Virus record (IMG/VR): IMGVR_UViG_3300037804_000367
Location: 1-64,000 of that record
Strand: one strand, 5' to 3'
DNA length: 64,000 bases
Source: a virus
Part shown: positions 20,625 to 31,171 of the stretch, one piece after another
Layout: every line of letters starts with the position of its first letter
How positions within the stretch are numbered: position 1 is the first letter of the stretch
Program-made: the position numbers and the translations under genes
Notes under the pieces: model-generated
Told to the model about the DNA's origin: nothing
Seen by the model: the letters and a program-made list of their open reading frames with translations, nothing else
The model's database searches: none

Positions 20625-21245
20625 TTAAGGTAATCCTTTATGTTCATCCATCCATCTTGTTATAGGATGTGGAAGAATTATTGATTCGCATGATTTGATA
20701 TAATCAAAGTCAGCAATGCCAATGTAGGGAAGGTTTCTGAATGATTCATCTATATCGAGACCGTAACCAAATACAAAGTGGTCATCTACCTTGTCTCCGA
20801 CAAAGTCAATCTTTACAGTTTGCTTCTTAGTGATATTCTTATCTAGTAGAACACATGTGTGAATATACTTGCACCCATATTTCTTGAACCAATTAATAAC
20901 AGCATGTAGAGTGCACCCTGTATCATAAATGTCATCAACTATAATAACATTCTCGTGTTCATGTGGTACAAATAGAAGTGGGCGTTTAATATCTATTTTA
21001 CCTGTCCAAACATTCTTCTCGTATGACTTTGCTGTCATGTAATCGATCTTAATGTTTATAGATGGATCAATGTGACGAATCAAATCATTCGCAAACATAT
21101 TAGCCCCGTTAGCAAGAGACACGATAAAAATACTCTGTCCCTTAAATTGATCAGATATTTCTTTACCTAGTCGTTCAACCATAGCAGAAATTTGTTCAGG
21201 TGTATACAATACCTGTTTTAATAATTTATTTAGTTCGTAATACAT
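20625..21245 (-). CDS. hpt: Hypoxanthine/guanine phosphoribosyltransferase
   Basis: LANGA..F..DL, IIVDDIYDTG.T PRPP loop, LLDK, FVFGYGLD.....RNLPYI. Confidence 0.9.
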   Translation of the reverse strand: MYYELNKLLKQVLYTPEQISAMVERLGKEISDQFKGQSIFIVSLANGANMFANDLIRHIDPSINIKIDYMTAKSYEKNVWTGKIDIKRPLLFVPHEHENVIIVDDIYDTGCTLHAVINWFKKYGCKYIHTCVLLDKNITKKQTVKIDFVGDKVDDHFVFGYGLDIDESFRNLPYIGIADFDYIKSCESIILPHPITRWMDEHKGLP

Positions 21246-21517
21246 TTGTTATTATGTGCCAACATTTTTTGATAAGTTTTTAATTCTTCTTTATGATCTT
21301 TGAAAATGTGAACAGCTAACTGCTCACTGTCCATAGCCTTCCTCATCATTTCACAATTGAGCCAAGCTTCCATATTACATTCATTCAAATCATTCTTGAT
21401 ACCTTCTAGTGCAAGTTTTAAGAACACTGGAAATATTTTTGTTTCGTCTAGGTGTTCTTTATCTTCTTCAAAGGTTGATAAGAATGATAAAACTGTATTG
21501 TAGTTTTCTTTAGTCAT
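21230..21517 (-). CDS. Hypothetical protein
   Basis: Coupled ORF between queE and hpt. Confidence 0.55.
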   Translation of the reverse strand: MTKENYNTVLSFLSTFEEDKEHLDETKIFPVFLKLALEGIKNDLNECNMEAWLNCEMMRKAMDSEQLAVHIFKDHKEELKTYQKMLAHNNKCITN

Positions 21518-21519
21518 GA

Positions 21520-22224
21520 TTACTTTCCTAAATCATTTCCCCAATACAAGGTATGTATTTGTGGTTGTACGTGAATGTCAAGCATTTTTAAATCTAATAT
21601 CTTTTCAATTAATGTTCTTGTACTATCCAAAATTGAATCTCTATTTGGTTCACCAGGTGTTAAATTCAAAGTAGAAAGATATTTAAGAGGAACGTTTGGA
21701 TGTCTTTTAAAAATATCAATAGCAAAGTCAAAATCTTCTTGGCTATCACAACCAGCAACTACTTTCAAAGATGTCTTTTCTATATCAATAAATGTAAAAC
21801 ACTTTTCCAGCTTGTCATAATTTGTAGTCATCTTAGAAGAAGGAGGCTTTGGACTAAAAGTGATCCAGTCCATCTTGCTAAACCATGGACGAGATAATGA
21901 ACCTTGTGTCTCCATGTCAAGAGTGTACCCCTTACTATGAGCTAAGTCAATAAACTCAGACCAATCATGCATTGCTGGATTACCACCAGTCAATGTAATT
22001 AGACTAGGAACTCCATCTGTCAACTCAATAACTTTGTCCATTATATCAAACGAGTTAAGTTTGTCCCAAGTATCTTTAAATTCAGGTAACACTGAATGAT
22101 CACTATCGCACCAGTCACATTTATAATCACATAGCCCTGATCTAATAAAAGTGGTTGGATAATTTGAATGTCTTCCTTCACCTTGAATGCTTAAAAATAT
22201 TTCCGAGATTGGAATAGTTTTCAT
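21520..22224 (-). CDS. queE: 7-carboxy-7-deazaguanine synthase (radical SAM)
   Basis: SEIFLSIQGEG, C.YKC.WCD.., TLTGGNP, ETQG, FSPKPPSS, PQIH. Confidence 0.93.
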   Translation of the reverse strand: MKTIPISEIFLSIQGEGRHSNYPTTFIRSGLCDYKCDWCDSDHSVLPEFKDTWDKLNSFDIMDKVIELTDGVPSLITLTGGNPAMHDWSEFIDLAHSKGYTLDMETQGSLSRPWFSKMDWITFSPKPPSSKMTTNYDKLEKCFTFIDIEKTSLKVVAGCDSQEDFDFAIDIFKRHPNVPLKYLSTLNLTPGEPNRDSILDSTRTLIEKILDLKMLDIHVQPQIHTLYWGNDLGK

Positions 22225-22302
22225 TTAAAATCCTTTAATTGCTTTATTATCTTATTGATATATTATCATAATATATTATCATATTTATAACTCATCATAA
22301 AT

Positions 22303-22337
22303 AAAAAAGCTCTAAGAATAAATCCTTAGAGCTTTTT
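22303..22337. terminator. Intrinsic terminator
   Basis: AAAAAAGCTCTAAG..CTTAGAGCTTTTT. Confidence 0.8.
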
Positions 22338-22360
22338 AAATATTTTATAGTTAGGCTTTG

Positions 22361-23986
22361 TTATTTAATGAGGCTTTTGGTCCCTCTAACAGTTGTATTA
22401 TAAGCTTCTTTAATAGAAAATACTTTGACAACCGACTCGTCTTTTGAGGTAGAGAGTTTAACTTTGTCTCTTCCTTTCCAATAAAAATCTACTTTTGAGT
22501 TCTTTTCTATAAATGATTTGACCATGTCGCTGTCGCCACCTGCCATTCCTTTTTTATAAAGTTCGACCCAGTCGCCCTTAACATAACCAAATACAACATT
22601 CTGATTATCTATAACTTCCCAAGCAAAAGGTTTTTCATCTATGTCAGATGTCTTTACGTCTCCGAACACTGTACGTCCAGTAGCTTCCATAGGAGTTTGT
22701 GGTTTACGATTCTCTTCCATAGCAGACAGACCTTCTGGACCAAAAGCCCAAATAGCAACATAACCATCTTCATCGCTCTTTGCTTTTACCCAAACAGATG
22801 AATCTTCAGGATCCATATCGAAATCGTCCTTTAATTCTTCGGCCCACTCTTCGGGAATGTCTTCTGCGGTATAAGCGGATATTACAGTCCATGTGTCACC
22901 ATCTCTGCCGTATCCTTGTAGTCGTTGACCTTTAACAGGCATTTCACTAATTGATTCGTTTTGTACTTGTTTAGATAATTGCATAGTAGCATAAGTGTTT
23001 CTGATCTTATCATACTGATCTTCGACAGGTTGTGCAATAACATGTTCAAGTTCTTCTACACTATAATTTGCAACAACTTCTTTAATATGATCTGTGTATC
23101 CAGAATAGTCTTCCATGTTGTCCCAAGCATCTTTCAACTTTTTCCAACCAGCTTTGACTGCATCTACAATACCTTCGTCCATTTTTGATTCATAAACTGT
23201 ATCTTCAAATGCTGCTCTTACATCTTCAATAGAAACTTTAGTATCAATAATATACTGAGCTACTTTTAAACGTGATTCTTGTTCGTCACTTTCACCAGTA
23301 GCACCATTGTAAACATATTCAGCATAGTTATCAAATACATACAGGTCATTCCAAGCACCAGCTTTGTCAATGATAGCAGTAATTTGGTTTATCATGTCTC
23401 CGTCATATGAATCAGAAACCATAACTTTATCAATTACTTTTTGAGCTGATTCAGATTTATCGCCAACATGTTCTAAATCATAGTGGAGAGAGGAGGCATC
23501 TAACATCCGTACTAACTCTTCTTTGATATCATATTGAGATGGATTGAATAGAACGTGAACATCAACTTGTCCTTCTTTGTAGTCAGACATGTCATCTACT
23601 TGAACGTCTTCATGTTTTGAAAGAAACAATTGAACCTTTTCAAGATCATCCATTTGCTTATCATCATCAATCATTGCTTTGATACCTAACCAATGAGACT
23701 CGTCAGCAGTTTCATTCATAGCACTTTCTTGTAAGCCAAATGTTTCAGTTTCGAAATAAATGTTCCCAGCTGTTAATAGATCAGTATAAATATCTTCAGC
23801 ATCTTGTTCACCAAATAAAAAATTAGTATTTAAATTTCTAACGCCTTGTTCTTCAAATGTTTCGGTTTCATAATACGTATCGGATTTATTTAAAAAATCA
23901 CACATCTCATCAAACAGTTTCATTTCCTTAGGGTCGTCTAGCACAAACCCAGCGTTTACGTTTCTTGATTCGTAAATATCATCCAT
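22361..23986 (-). CDS. Large acidic protein, probable internal head protein
   Basis: Modules separated by hydrophobic-x-E-[S/A/G] sites (IYES, LQES, VYES, MDEG, IKEA). CATAAATA promoter. Confidence 0.55.
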   Translation of the reverse strand: MDDIYESRNVNAGFVLDDPKEMKLFDEMCDFLNKSDTYYETETFEEQGVRNLNTNFLFGEQDAEDIYTDLLTAGNIYFETETFGLQESAMNETADESHWLGIKAMIDDDKQMDDLEKVQLFLSKHEDVQVDDMSDYKEGQVDVHVLFNPSQYDIKEELVRMLDASSLHYDLEHVGDKSESAQKVIDKVMVSDSYDGDMINQITAIIDKAGAWNDLYVFDNYAEYVYNGATGESDEQESRLKVAQYIIDTKVSIEDVRAAFEDTVYESKMDEGIVDAVKAGWKKLKDAWDNMEDYSGYTDHIKEVVANYSVEELEHVIAQPVEDQYDKIRNTYATMQLSKQVQNESISEMPVKGQRLQGYGRDGDTWTVISAYTAEDIPEEWAEELKDDFDMDPEDSSVWVKAKSDEDGYVAIWAFGPEGLSAMEENRKPQTPMEATGRTVFGDVKTSDIDEKPFAWEVIDNQNVVFGYVKGDWVELYKKGMAGGDSDMVKSFIEKNSKVDFYWKGRDKVKLSTSKDESVVKVFSIKEAYNTTVRGTKSLIK

Positions 23987-24065
23987 ATTATATCCTTTTA
24001 TAAAGTCTTAACTTGTAATAGCGTTAAAGCTATTTATGTCATTATTGTTTGTAAGTGAGTTTAGT

Positions 24066-25916
24066 TTAGGATATCATTGAAATAAAATCGTGCTCTGTTA
24101 TAACAGATATGTTTAACTTCTGTGCTTTCTGTATCTTAGATGGACCTACACCTGACGCTCCACAAACCAAATACTTTAGTTTACCCGACACACTTGCGAT
24201 AGTTCCTCCGTTGTCAACAACCATTTGTTGAAGTTGTTTACGAGGTTGATCAGTCTTTCCTGTTATGCAAAACGTCTGACCATTTAAAGTATCACTTGAC
24301 TGAACTGTTTCAATAACAACTTTCTTTTTCTCATTGTATCTTTCATCAAGAGTAATCATTTCCATGATGATACAATTATCTAGCCAAGAGGCACGAATGT
24401 TATCAATAGTAATCTTTCCAATACCACTTACATCATAAAGCACCATACAGTCATCTAGCTCAATAAACTTATTGAACTGTTCATATCCGAAACGATCAAA
24501 TAGTTTGTCCAGAGTCTTTCTACCTGAACCTTTCCAAGTAAGACATTTAAGAATTTGTTCAGTAGGAGCTGTGAATACTTTTGTTAATATATCCTCTTCG
24601 AGTTGAACTTGTTTCTTGTATTTTGGATCAGCTTTAAATTTAAATAAGTCTTCATATGATGTAATATCAAATCTTATCAAACTCTTTGATGTAATTCCTT
24701 CGATACCCATCTTAATAATGAATGACTCAACTTGCTTGACTGATTTACCTTCACAATCTTCATTGACACAAATCAAATGTGTTCTATTTTTATCCCAAGT
24801 GACTTCATGTTCACATCCCGGACAAGCTATTTCATCAACCGCTAATGTGCCAGTACCTTCTACTTTAATAATACAAGGAATGATATCACCGCTCTTCTGA
24901 ATAGTTACAATCGAACCACTTACAATTCCTTCTTTAAAAACATATGAAGCATTGTGAGCAGTTGCTCTACTAACAGTAGTACCTATCAACTGAACAGGAT
25001 CAATGTTTACAATCGGAGTCAGCTTTCCAGTCTTACCAAGGTTCCAGTCCACTTCGGTGACATGTGACTTTGCAAAAGAGTTATTGACTTTGAATGCTCG
25101 AGCGTTATCAGGATAGTACTTGTCATTCTCTCCGATCCATGTATCACCGTGTACTACAAGACCATCAACCATATAATTAGATTGTTCGCAAACCTTTTCA
25201 TACCAACGGGTTAGATCTTCTTTGGTAGTTTCTTTTGGAAGTGCAAAATATAAAGGCGGTTCAAAATTCCAGTTCTCTAATTGACGTAATTGTTCATGTC
25301 TAGTTAAATCACTATTGACTATTTCATAAGCAATAAAACTCACAAGGTTACATAATTCAGGAATAGTTTTCTTGTTTCCGATAATACCTACTGTGCTATT
25401 GCGCAGGTTTTTATGTTCACGAGATTGATCCATTATTTGAAGTTGTTCAAATGAACTATTAGTAAGAGTTAACTCTCCGCGAATGGTTCCAGTAAAGTCA
25501 CTGTCTTCAATGTTTGGTATGATATGTTTACATTTTGCAGTTTGGTTCTCACCGAGTTCGCCATCGCCACGTGTAGCAGCAGAAACAAATTGACCATCAA
25601 CAAACTTTGCAACTAAACTCATGCCATCTACTTTTGCTGATACGATAAGTTTATCATCTGATTGTTTACTCCACCACTTGTCAAATGAATCATCTTCTGC
25701 TTTAGTCTTCTTTAACGATCCACACATCTGATCGTGTTTGACCTTACCAGGAGCACTCATTAACTTTGAACGAACTTCTACTTCATCTAATTGTGAAGTG
25801 GCAATGAACGAATCGAGAATGTCATCAAAAGCATCATCAGATATTTGAGGGTCGCCACAACGATAAGCTGTATTGTATTGTACTATTTTTTCCCAGATGG
25901 ATGATTGGTCAGTCAT
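24066..25916 (-). CDS. ligA: NAD-dependent DNA ligase with C-terminal BRCT
   Basis: KVDGMS, ATRGDG..GE, RGE, DGLVV, AFK, RAT.HN, KSGDIIP, Zn finger, FCITG BRCT. Confidence 0.96.
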   Translation of the reverse strand: MTDQSSIWEKIVQYNTAYRCGDPQISDDAFDDILDSFIATSQLDEVEVRSKLMSAPGKVKHDQMCGSLKKTKAEDDSFDKWWSKQSDDKLIVSAKVDGMSLVAKFVDGQFVSAATRGDGELGENQTAKCKHIIPNIEDSDFTGTIRGELTLTNSSFEQLQIMDQSREHKNLRNSTVGIIGNKKTIPELCNLVSFIAYEIVNSDLTRHEQLRQLENWNFEPPLYFALPKETTKEDLTRWYEKVCEQSNYMVDGLVVHGDTWIGENDKYYPDNARAFKVNNSFAKSHVTEVDWNLGKTGKLTPIVNIDPVQLIGTTVSRATAHNASYVFKEGIVSGSIVTIQKSGDIIPCIIKVEGTGTLAVDEIACPGCEHEVTWDKNRTHLICVNEDCEGKSVKQVESFIIKMGIEGITSKSLIRFDITSYEDLFKFKADPKYKKQVQLEEDILTKVFTAPTEQILKCLTWKGSGRKTLDKLFDRFGYEQFNKFIELDDCMVLYDVSGIGKITIDNIRASWLDNCIIMEMITLDERYNEKKKVVIETVQSSDTLNGQTFCITGKTDQPRKQLQQMVVDNGGTIASVSGKLKYLVCGASGVGPSKIQKAQKLNISVITEHDFISMIS

Positions 25917-26142
25917 GAATCAGTGTTCCTTTTTAATTTATTATCTAGTAAAGTGCTTAAAATTTAATCGATCAAATCATATCGATCAGCAAGTTCTTCA
26001 TCATAATCAGAAAGCTTTTTCCAATTAAGAATAATAACATCTTTGTTACGTTGCCAATTAAAAGGATGCTCAGCAATGATTTTATTATACTTCTTTAAAG
26101 GAGCTCTTAGAAACTCAGGCTCCTCATAACATATCCAATACA

Positions 26143-26555
26143 TTATTGATCCTGCTTCGGAGCATATTGAATATGTTGAAGAAGTTTGAGTACTCCATCT
26201 TCTTTCATGTGAGCAGTCTGTGCAACTATTGCATCTGGGTCAGCATCTTTGATTGGATTTTCAAAAACAAAAGCGGTAGTAGTAACATCCAATATAACTT
26301 CTTGACGTTGCTCATTCTCATCGACCTGATAACATTTTGTTGGATTTGTTTGTGATTGTACAATTGTATACATTAATTATCCTCATTTTGTTTTTTGATA
26401 AAGTTAACAAAGTCGTCAATAACATCTTCTTTGCCTTCGTACCAAGAGTCTGTACTTTCGCAATACTGAGGAGTGTTAACCTCTTTATTGATTTTCATTT
26501 CTTCTATTCTGATTCTATCTACTAAATCATTATAAAGCTTTTCAAAATCTTTCAT
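26143..26555 (-). other. Two small early hypothetical CDS (26143-26373, 26373-26555)
   Basis: Follow the early promoter at about 26608, coupled. Confidence 0.55.
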
Positions 26556-26757
26556 TTTTAATTCCTTGTTGATCTTTACTATATTAATATACTTCTTTAA
26601 TGTGATAAGTCAACAAGAAATTCAAACAAATGTTAATCTTTTTTGGGAGGGAGGGTTGTAGTAGTACATTGACCTTTCAGAGATGTCTTCTCTGTGGCCA
26701 ATGAATAATCTGGATTGATATAGTTGTATCCTAATTCGTTACCTTGAGGAGTACTCA

Positions 26758-26898
26758 TTAGTTCTTTAGAATAGATATAGGAGCTGATGGATCAACAACT
26801 AACACTTTCTTTTTCTTCTTCTTATCAAGTATCTTATCAGCACTTGCTTCAGATATAACAGGCAGGTCTTCTTTGATCATTTGCTTTGGTTGTTCCAT
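26758..26898 (-). CDS. 46-aa late protein below the ORF-track cutoff (MEQPKQMIKEDLPVISEASADKILDKKKKRKVLVVDPSAPISILKN)
   Basis: TATAAATA at 26924, AAGGA RBS, IKED/ISEA motifs and a basic patch. Confidence 0.5.
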   Translation of the reverse strand: MEQPKQMIKEDLPVISEASADKILDKKKKKKVLVVDPSAPISILKN

Positions 26899-26961
26899 AA
26901 TAATATCCTTTAGTTGTTTTAGTTATTTATATTTTAAATGATATGCAAACATATTCAATAT

Positions 26962-26993
26962 AAAAAAAAATCCCAACCGGCTAAGGTTAGGAT
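26962..26993 (-). terminator. Intrinsic terminator downstream of the large ncRNA
   Basis: ATCCTAACC-loop-GGTTGGGAT followed by T9 on the minus strand. Confidence 0.85.
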
Positions 26994-27004
26994 AAGAAAA
27001 AAAA

Positions 27005-27616
27005 GCAAAGTTTTAGGACAAACTCTATCCTCTGCTGATGGTGATTACTAACTGTCCACGCCGCTGTAAACGACTTCACCATCTTCGACCCAGTTGTTAC
27101 CTGTTAGGGCATGCAACTGTACACTACGTAAACTGTTGACTTCTAGTGTCAAATATATCCTCAGAGCTACCAAGTCATATAATTCACTGATCTCTTTCTC
27201 ATGCTAGGTACATGGTCCATCAATCCCCTTTCGGGACATCTAAGCTATTGCTAACTCAAACATTAGTCGCTTCGTCAATTCAGTCTGATACGTTTAAGAC
27301 TTTCGTCTCTTACCTAGACATTTATCATTAGATAGCATGTCTTTGGTGTCGTTCTTTCGATAACGTAACCAATCCGTTAGTAACAATATCAGCGTTCCTA
27401 CTTTGGCGAGTAGTCTCATAATATTGTCTTACTAATAGGTTTCGAGAACCGCCAAGCTCATCTATCCTATCCACCGTCTAAAAGGAAGCATGTACTCTAG
27501 GAGAAGACGATCTCCATATCCTTTCTTGGTCCTGACTATTCCCGAAGGTCAACCGCCCGACATTGCAAGTTGATTTATTCTCCCGTCAACAAAGGGAGAT
27601 GGACAACTAGTGTCCG
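27005..27616 (-). ncRNA. Large ornate non-coding RNA (~610 nt), ROOL/GOLLD-like
   Basis: No ORF, raised GC, many GAAA/UUCG-capped hairpins, long-range helices, terminator downstream, next to the tRNA array. Family assignment tentative. Confidence 0.7.
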
Positions 27617-27657
27617 TTACTTTTTACTTATTATATATTCCTACTAATGTAAGCACT

Positions 27658-28011
27658 TTAAAGCCATTCTTTTACTTTTTCTCCGAATTTTATTTCAATC
27701 GTAGCTGTTTCAGTTAAATAATGATTAATGACGCTGCCATGACACTGAAACGTTTCAATCATACATAGGTCTCTGCCACCAGTGTGTTCACCAACTGATC
27801 TTATTTTATTATATAAAATATGAAGAGCTGTTAGTCTATTGCTCTGATCTTTAACTCTATATGGTTTTGAAGTTAGAAAGATTTGAGGAGTAGTACTGAG
27901 ATTTCGATTATACTCAGGAAGTTCTTGCTTCATTCTCTTTTGACGTTTGCTCAATAATCTAATTTCATTCTTGATGAATCTTATTACTTTCTTCTTTAAC
28001 TTGTCCATAAA
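27658..28011 (-). CDS. Hypothetical basic protein (start uncertain)
   Basis: ORF upstream of the ncRNA. Confidence 0.5.
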   Translation of the reverse strand, partial: FMDKLKKKVIRFIKNEIRLLSKRQKRMKQELPEYNRNLSTTPQIFLTSKPYRVKDQSNRLTALHILYNKIRSVGEHTGGRDLCMIETFQCHGSVINHYLTETATIEIKFGEKVKEWL

Positions 28012-28302
28012 ATCTTTAACCATTGAATTAAAAAATGTAAAATGTATTCCCCAGTAGATTTTCACTACATCTCCATACTCCGCGCACGGTACGTTTCTAT
28101 TCGATAAAGGATATCGCCTTTATCAGATTCCAGTATAAGCATCGTTCATTTAATTTCAGTTGTTACTTATGATCAGTAAGATAACAAACTACTTTCAAAA
28201 GTGTCGTCCTTGACAGTCTACAACATTCATGACTATGGCGTCTTGCTTCGGATAACTTGATAATATTATACCTATTGGTTACGTTATGGGAAAATTGTTA
28301 TA

Positions 28303-28734
28303 TTAATTTGCAAAATCTTTATTGTTCTGTTTAGCTTGTTTAAGTTCTTTTGATAACTCAGTCTTTGACATCACTCTTACAAATACTCCTGTTTGAGATA
28401 ATGTTTCGAGAAGAATACCTTTTGTCGGATCGTAGTATCTAAAATTGTTTCTGTTTTGCTTTCTTTCTACTCTTACGAGTGCATGATGCATATTACTTCT
28501 ATCAGGTTTGATAACTACTACTTCTGCAGGAACTCCTTGTTTCTCTAACGCTCGTTGATATATTGCACACTTGTTACTACAATCAAAAAAACCTAATCGA
28601 TATGGAGCTCTGTACAAATCCCAGAATTTTTTATCACATGGAATTTGATTATCTTGATTTGAATTAGTCATTGCACCAGTTGAAAGAAACCCAATCAATA
28701 GATAAACAAATGTCATTTTTCTGAAAGTAATCAT
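28303..28734 (-). CDS. Secreted transglutaminase-like / papain-fold protein
   Basis: Signal peptide, FDCSNKC...L...G, HHALV.V, YYDPT (Cys-His-Asp triad spacing). Confidence 0.6.
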   Translation of the reverse strand: MITFRKMTFVYLLIGFLSTGAMTNSNQDNQIPCDKKFWDLYRAPYRLGFFDCSNKCAIYQRALEKQGVPAEVVVIKPDRSNMHHALVRVERKQNRNNFRYYDPTKGILLETLSQTGVFVRVMSKTELSKELKQAKQNNKDFAN

Positions 28735-28785
28735 ATTTAATTTTCCATTTGTTTTATTATCCAGCTATTAGATGAAAATTTAAAG

Positions 28786-28871
28786 CGGAAAGCATAGGGA
28801 TCGAACCTAATACCACAAGTGTACCAACCGTTTAGCAAACGGTGACCAGCGCCAAGCCAGTATTACTTTCC
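28786..28871 (-). tRNA. tRNA-Ser(GCT)
   Basis: GGAAAGT/GCTTTCC stem, ACCGT-TTGCTAA-ACGGT, long variable arm, G73. Confidence 0.85.
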
Positions 28872-28884
28872 AAAAAAGAATATA

Positions 28885-28954
28885 GTGATTGAGCAGGATT
28901 CGAACCTACATCTCGGCGCCCAAAAGGTGCGACTTCCCATTAGTCCATCAATCA
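28885..28954 (-). pseudogene. Atypical tRNA with poorly paired anticodon arm (Gln/Lys-like)
   Basis: TGATTGA/TCAATCA acceptor, good D and T arms. GCAC-CTTTTGG-GCGC anticodon arm is imperfect. Confidence 0.5.
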
Positions 28955-29051
28955 GTCCCTTACACTTTTACATACACAACTTTCAATCGTACTCTAGATT
29001 ACAAAAGCGTACGCGTATATTACTAATGTTAGTTTCTTTTACTATAAAATG

Positions 29052-29139
29052 TGGAGACTAGTGTCAGATTCGAACTGACGAGAGGATTTCTCCTAGCGGA
29101 TTTGCAATCCGCCGCCTTCAACCACTCAGCCAACTAGTC
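29052..29139 (-). tRNA. tRNA-Cys(GCA) with a long variable arm, CCA encoded
   Basis: GACTAGT/ACTAGTC, U73, GCGGA-TTGCAAA-TCCGC, extra AGGA-GAAA-TCCT hairpin. Confidence 0.85.
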
Positions 29140-29699
29140 AAAAAATTATTTCTATATTCTATTACTTCTTGCTCTACTAAATGTTTTAAATTATTGTTGT
29201 GCCAATACAAATGATGATTAGGACACATTGGTATTAAATTTTCAACTGAATTGTCATTGTGATCTTCATTAAAATGATGAACCGAAACTGCATTCTCTTC
29301 GTCACACACTACACATTTTCGTTCATGATGTTCAAAACAAATTCTCACATACGCTTGTTTTGAATCAATTTTAAAATTAGGATGATTCTTTCCACTTCTA
29401 AAGTGTTTATTTCTACAAGCTAATGAACATGTTGTTCGGTTTCTTCTATCAGTTCCTTTAATAATACGAACTTCAGTTTCAAACTCAGTATCACAAACTG
29501 GACAATTCTTTTTTACTTTCTGGTACACGCCTCTATTATTATGATTTGAATCAAAATGTTCAATTGATATATTATTATCTTTGATGATAGCTTTAATTTT
29601 AGATCTAGCATACGATCTATCATTTCCTATCAGTGAGTTACAAACATCCTTGTATGTGAATGATTCTTTTATTATTTTTTTTACTTTTTCGATGTCCAT
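29118..29699 (-). mobile_element. HNH homing endonuclease
   Basis: CPVC, C...C, CVVC...VHH..EDH.DN...NLIPMCPNHH. Own TATAAATA. Stop codon lies inside tRNA-Cys. Confidence 0.85.
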
Positions 29700-29807
29700 T
29701 ATATATTCCTTTATGATTTATAAAGGTATTTATAATATAATGGGTAATAACATAGACGGTGAACTTATTTATTCACTATCTTGTTGGTCCCCTGACAAAA
29801 AGATAAA

Positions 29808-29882
29808 GGGTGATGGACGAGAGTCGAACTCGCATATAACTCGATTCACAGTCGAGCGCTTTACCATTAAGCTACCAAAACC
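29808..29882 (-). tRNA. tRNA-His(GTG) with two acceptor-stem mismatches
   Basis: CTCGA-CTGTGAA-TCGAG. GGTTTTGG pairs with CCATCACC imperfectly. Confidence 0.7.
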
Positions 29883-29890
29883 ATATTAAG

Positions 29891-29962
29891 TACACCGTTC
29901 AGGACTCGAACCTGAAACTTTCCTTTCGTAGAGGAAAATGATATCCATTTCACTAACGGCGC
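29891..29962 (-). tRNA. tRNA-Arg(ACG)
   Basis: GCGCCGT/ACGGTGT, TTCCT-CTACGAA-AGGAA. Confidence 0.88.
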
Positions 29963-29972
29963 AGATTTAAAT

Positions 29973-30051
29973 TGGCGTAGAAGAAGGATTCACACCTTCG
30001 TGTTGAAAGAGACAGGTTTACTACTCTGCTGTATCGTCAGTCCGAACTACC
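29973..30051 (-). pseudogene. Degenerate tRNA-like element ending CCA (Tyr GTA-like loop)
   Basis: T-arm GAAGG-TGTGAAT-CCTTC, 3' TTCTACGCCA, weak 5' half. Confidence 0.45.
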
Positions 30052-30201
30052 AGTCCTATTGTCCAACCTTTAAGTTTGATCCTATCCTGACATGATTAGT
30101 AGTTTAGTCTAACCTGTTTCAATCAACTTTCAAACACATAGCATTTACCAGAGAGATCTCTTATCTCACTAACTTAACTTAGTACTACATAAAAATTTTA
30201 A

Positions 30202-30351
30202 TTACTTGTCACTTTCAATGTTTACAGGAATAGTTACATCATGAATACTATCTGAAAACCTAGACAACTTTCCAAAACTAACTAACATGACTAATTGCAT
30301 CAATGGATGTGCTATCATATTATGCACTATCCAATTTTTATATAACCATTT
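30202..30351 (-). CDS. Small hypothetical protein (likely start MKWLYK)
   Basis: W.VHNMIAHPLMQ....SD.IHD.T motif typical of small phage proteins. Start estimated. Confidence 0.5.
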   Translation of the reverse strand, partial: KWLYKNWIVHNMIAHPLMQLVMLVSFGKLSRFSDSIHDVTIPVNIESDK

Positions 30352-30421
30352 CATGATTGTTCCTTGAACTATTATTAAATTTAATTGCTCTTTATTATCC
30401 TTTAGTATTATAATAAAGTTA

Positions 30422-30492
30422 CAGGTCATCAAGGATTTGAACCTTGATCAACGGTTTTGGAGACCGTCATGTTACCATTACACTAATGACCT
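30422..30492 (-). tRNA. tRNA-Trp(CCA)
   Basis: AGGTCAT/ATGACCT, ACGGT-CTCCAAA-ACCGT, G73. Confidence 0.92.
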
Positions 30493-30596
30493 AACTGGTA
30501 TGAAGAAGTTCTCGTGTACATCGATACTATTCTTTTTCACTGCATACCTCAGTTAGAATATCATGGCTTAAAGGCTCTAGTAATACTCTGGTAGAA

Positions 30597-30686
30597 TGGC
30601 GGAGAGTAGAGGGATCGAACCCCTAGCCTTTTGAGTTGCCACCACCGGGTTCAAACCGGTTTGCAGACCATTCCGCGGTACTCTCC
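30597..30686 (-). tRNA. tRNA-Ser(TGA), CCA encoded
   Basis: GGAGAGT/ACTCTCC, ACCGG-TTTGAAC-CCGGT, long variable arm. Confidence 0.85.
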
Positions 30687-30692
30687 GTTTTA

Positions 30693-31127
30693 TTATTGAA
30701 CTTGATGATCAGCGACAGAACTTGCACACCAGCTATCAGGTTTTAATTTATAATCATAACCGAATCCTTTTACGAATCCACAAATTTCATTCTTGTACAA
30801 CCCACTTTTGAATTTAGGATTTTGATTTACGTCCAAGTGAATTGTAATGTTTTGGGATATCATTTTAGATATCTTCTGTGCTACTTCTAGTGACATCCAT
30901 GCTTCGTGAATCAAACGATCTCGTAATGACGGGAACAACTCTGTATAGTGCATTCTTTTTATTACATGGTTATCGTTTTTCTTTACTAGTGCGATGACTG
31001 TACTAAAAAGAACTTGTTTATTCTTTCTTTGAGAATCTGTTCCGATGAATACTTCTCTGCCATCACATGCATGTTGTTTTAAGAACTCGTCAATGTCGAG
31101 CTCTGTTCCTGATAGTGTAGTCCACAT
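30693..31127 (-). CDS. RNase H-like YkuK family protein
   Basis: VFIGTDSQ, RL..EAWMS, IHLDVN, IKPDSW.ASSVAD pattern. Confidence 0.85.
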   Translation of the reverse strand: MWTTLSGTELDIDEFLKQHACDGREVFIGTDSQRKNKQVLFSTVIALVKKNDNHVIKRMHYTELFPSLRDRLIHEAWMSLEVAQKISKMISQNITIHLDVNQNPKFKSGLYKNEICGFVKGFGYDYKLKPDSWCASSVADHQVQ

Positions 31128-31171
31128 TTTCCTATTCCTTGTTTGTTTCTCCTTTGAGAATGTTATGTTAG

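Noticed and set aside
28070-28300. ncRNA upstream of the 27658 ORF
   Set aside because: Only short hairpins and a 25-codon ORF. Not enough structure to call.
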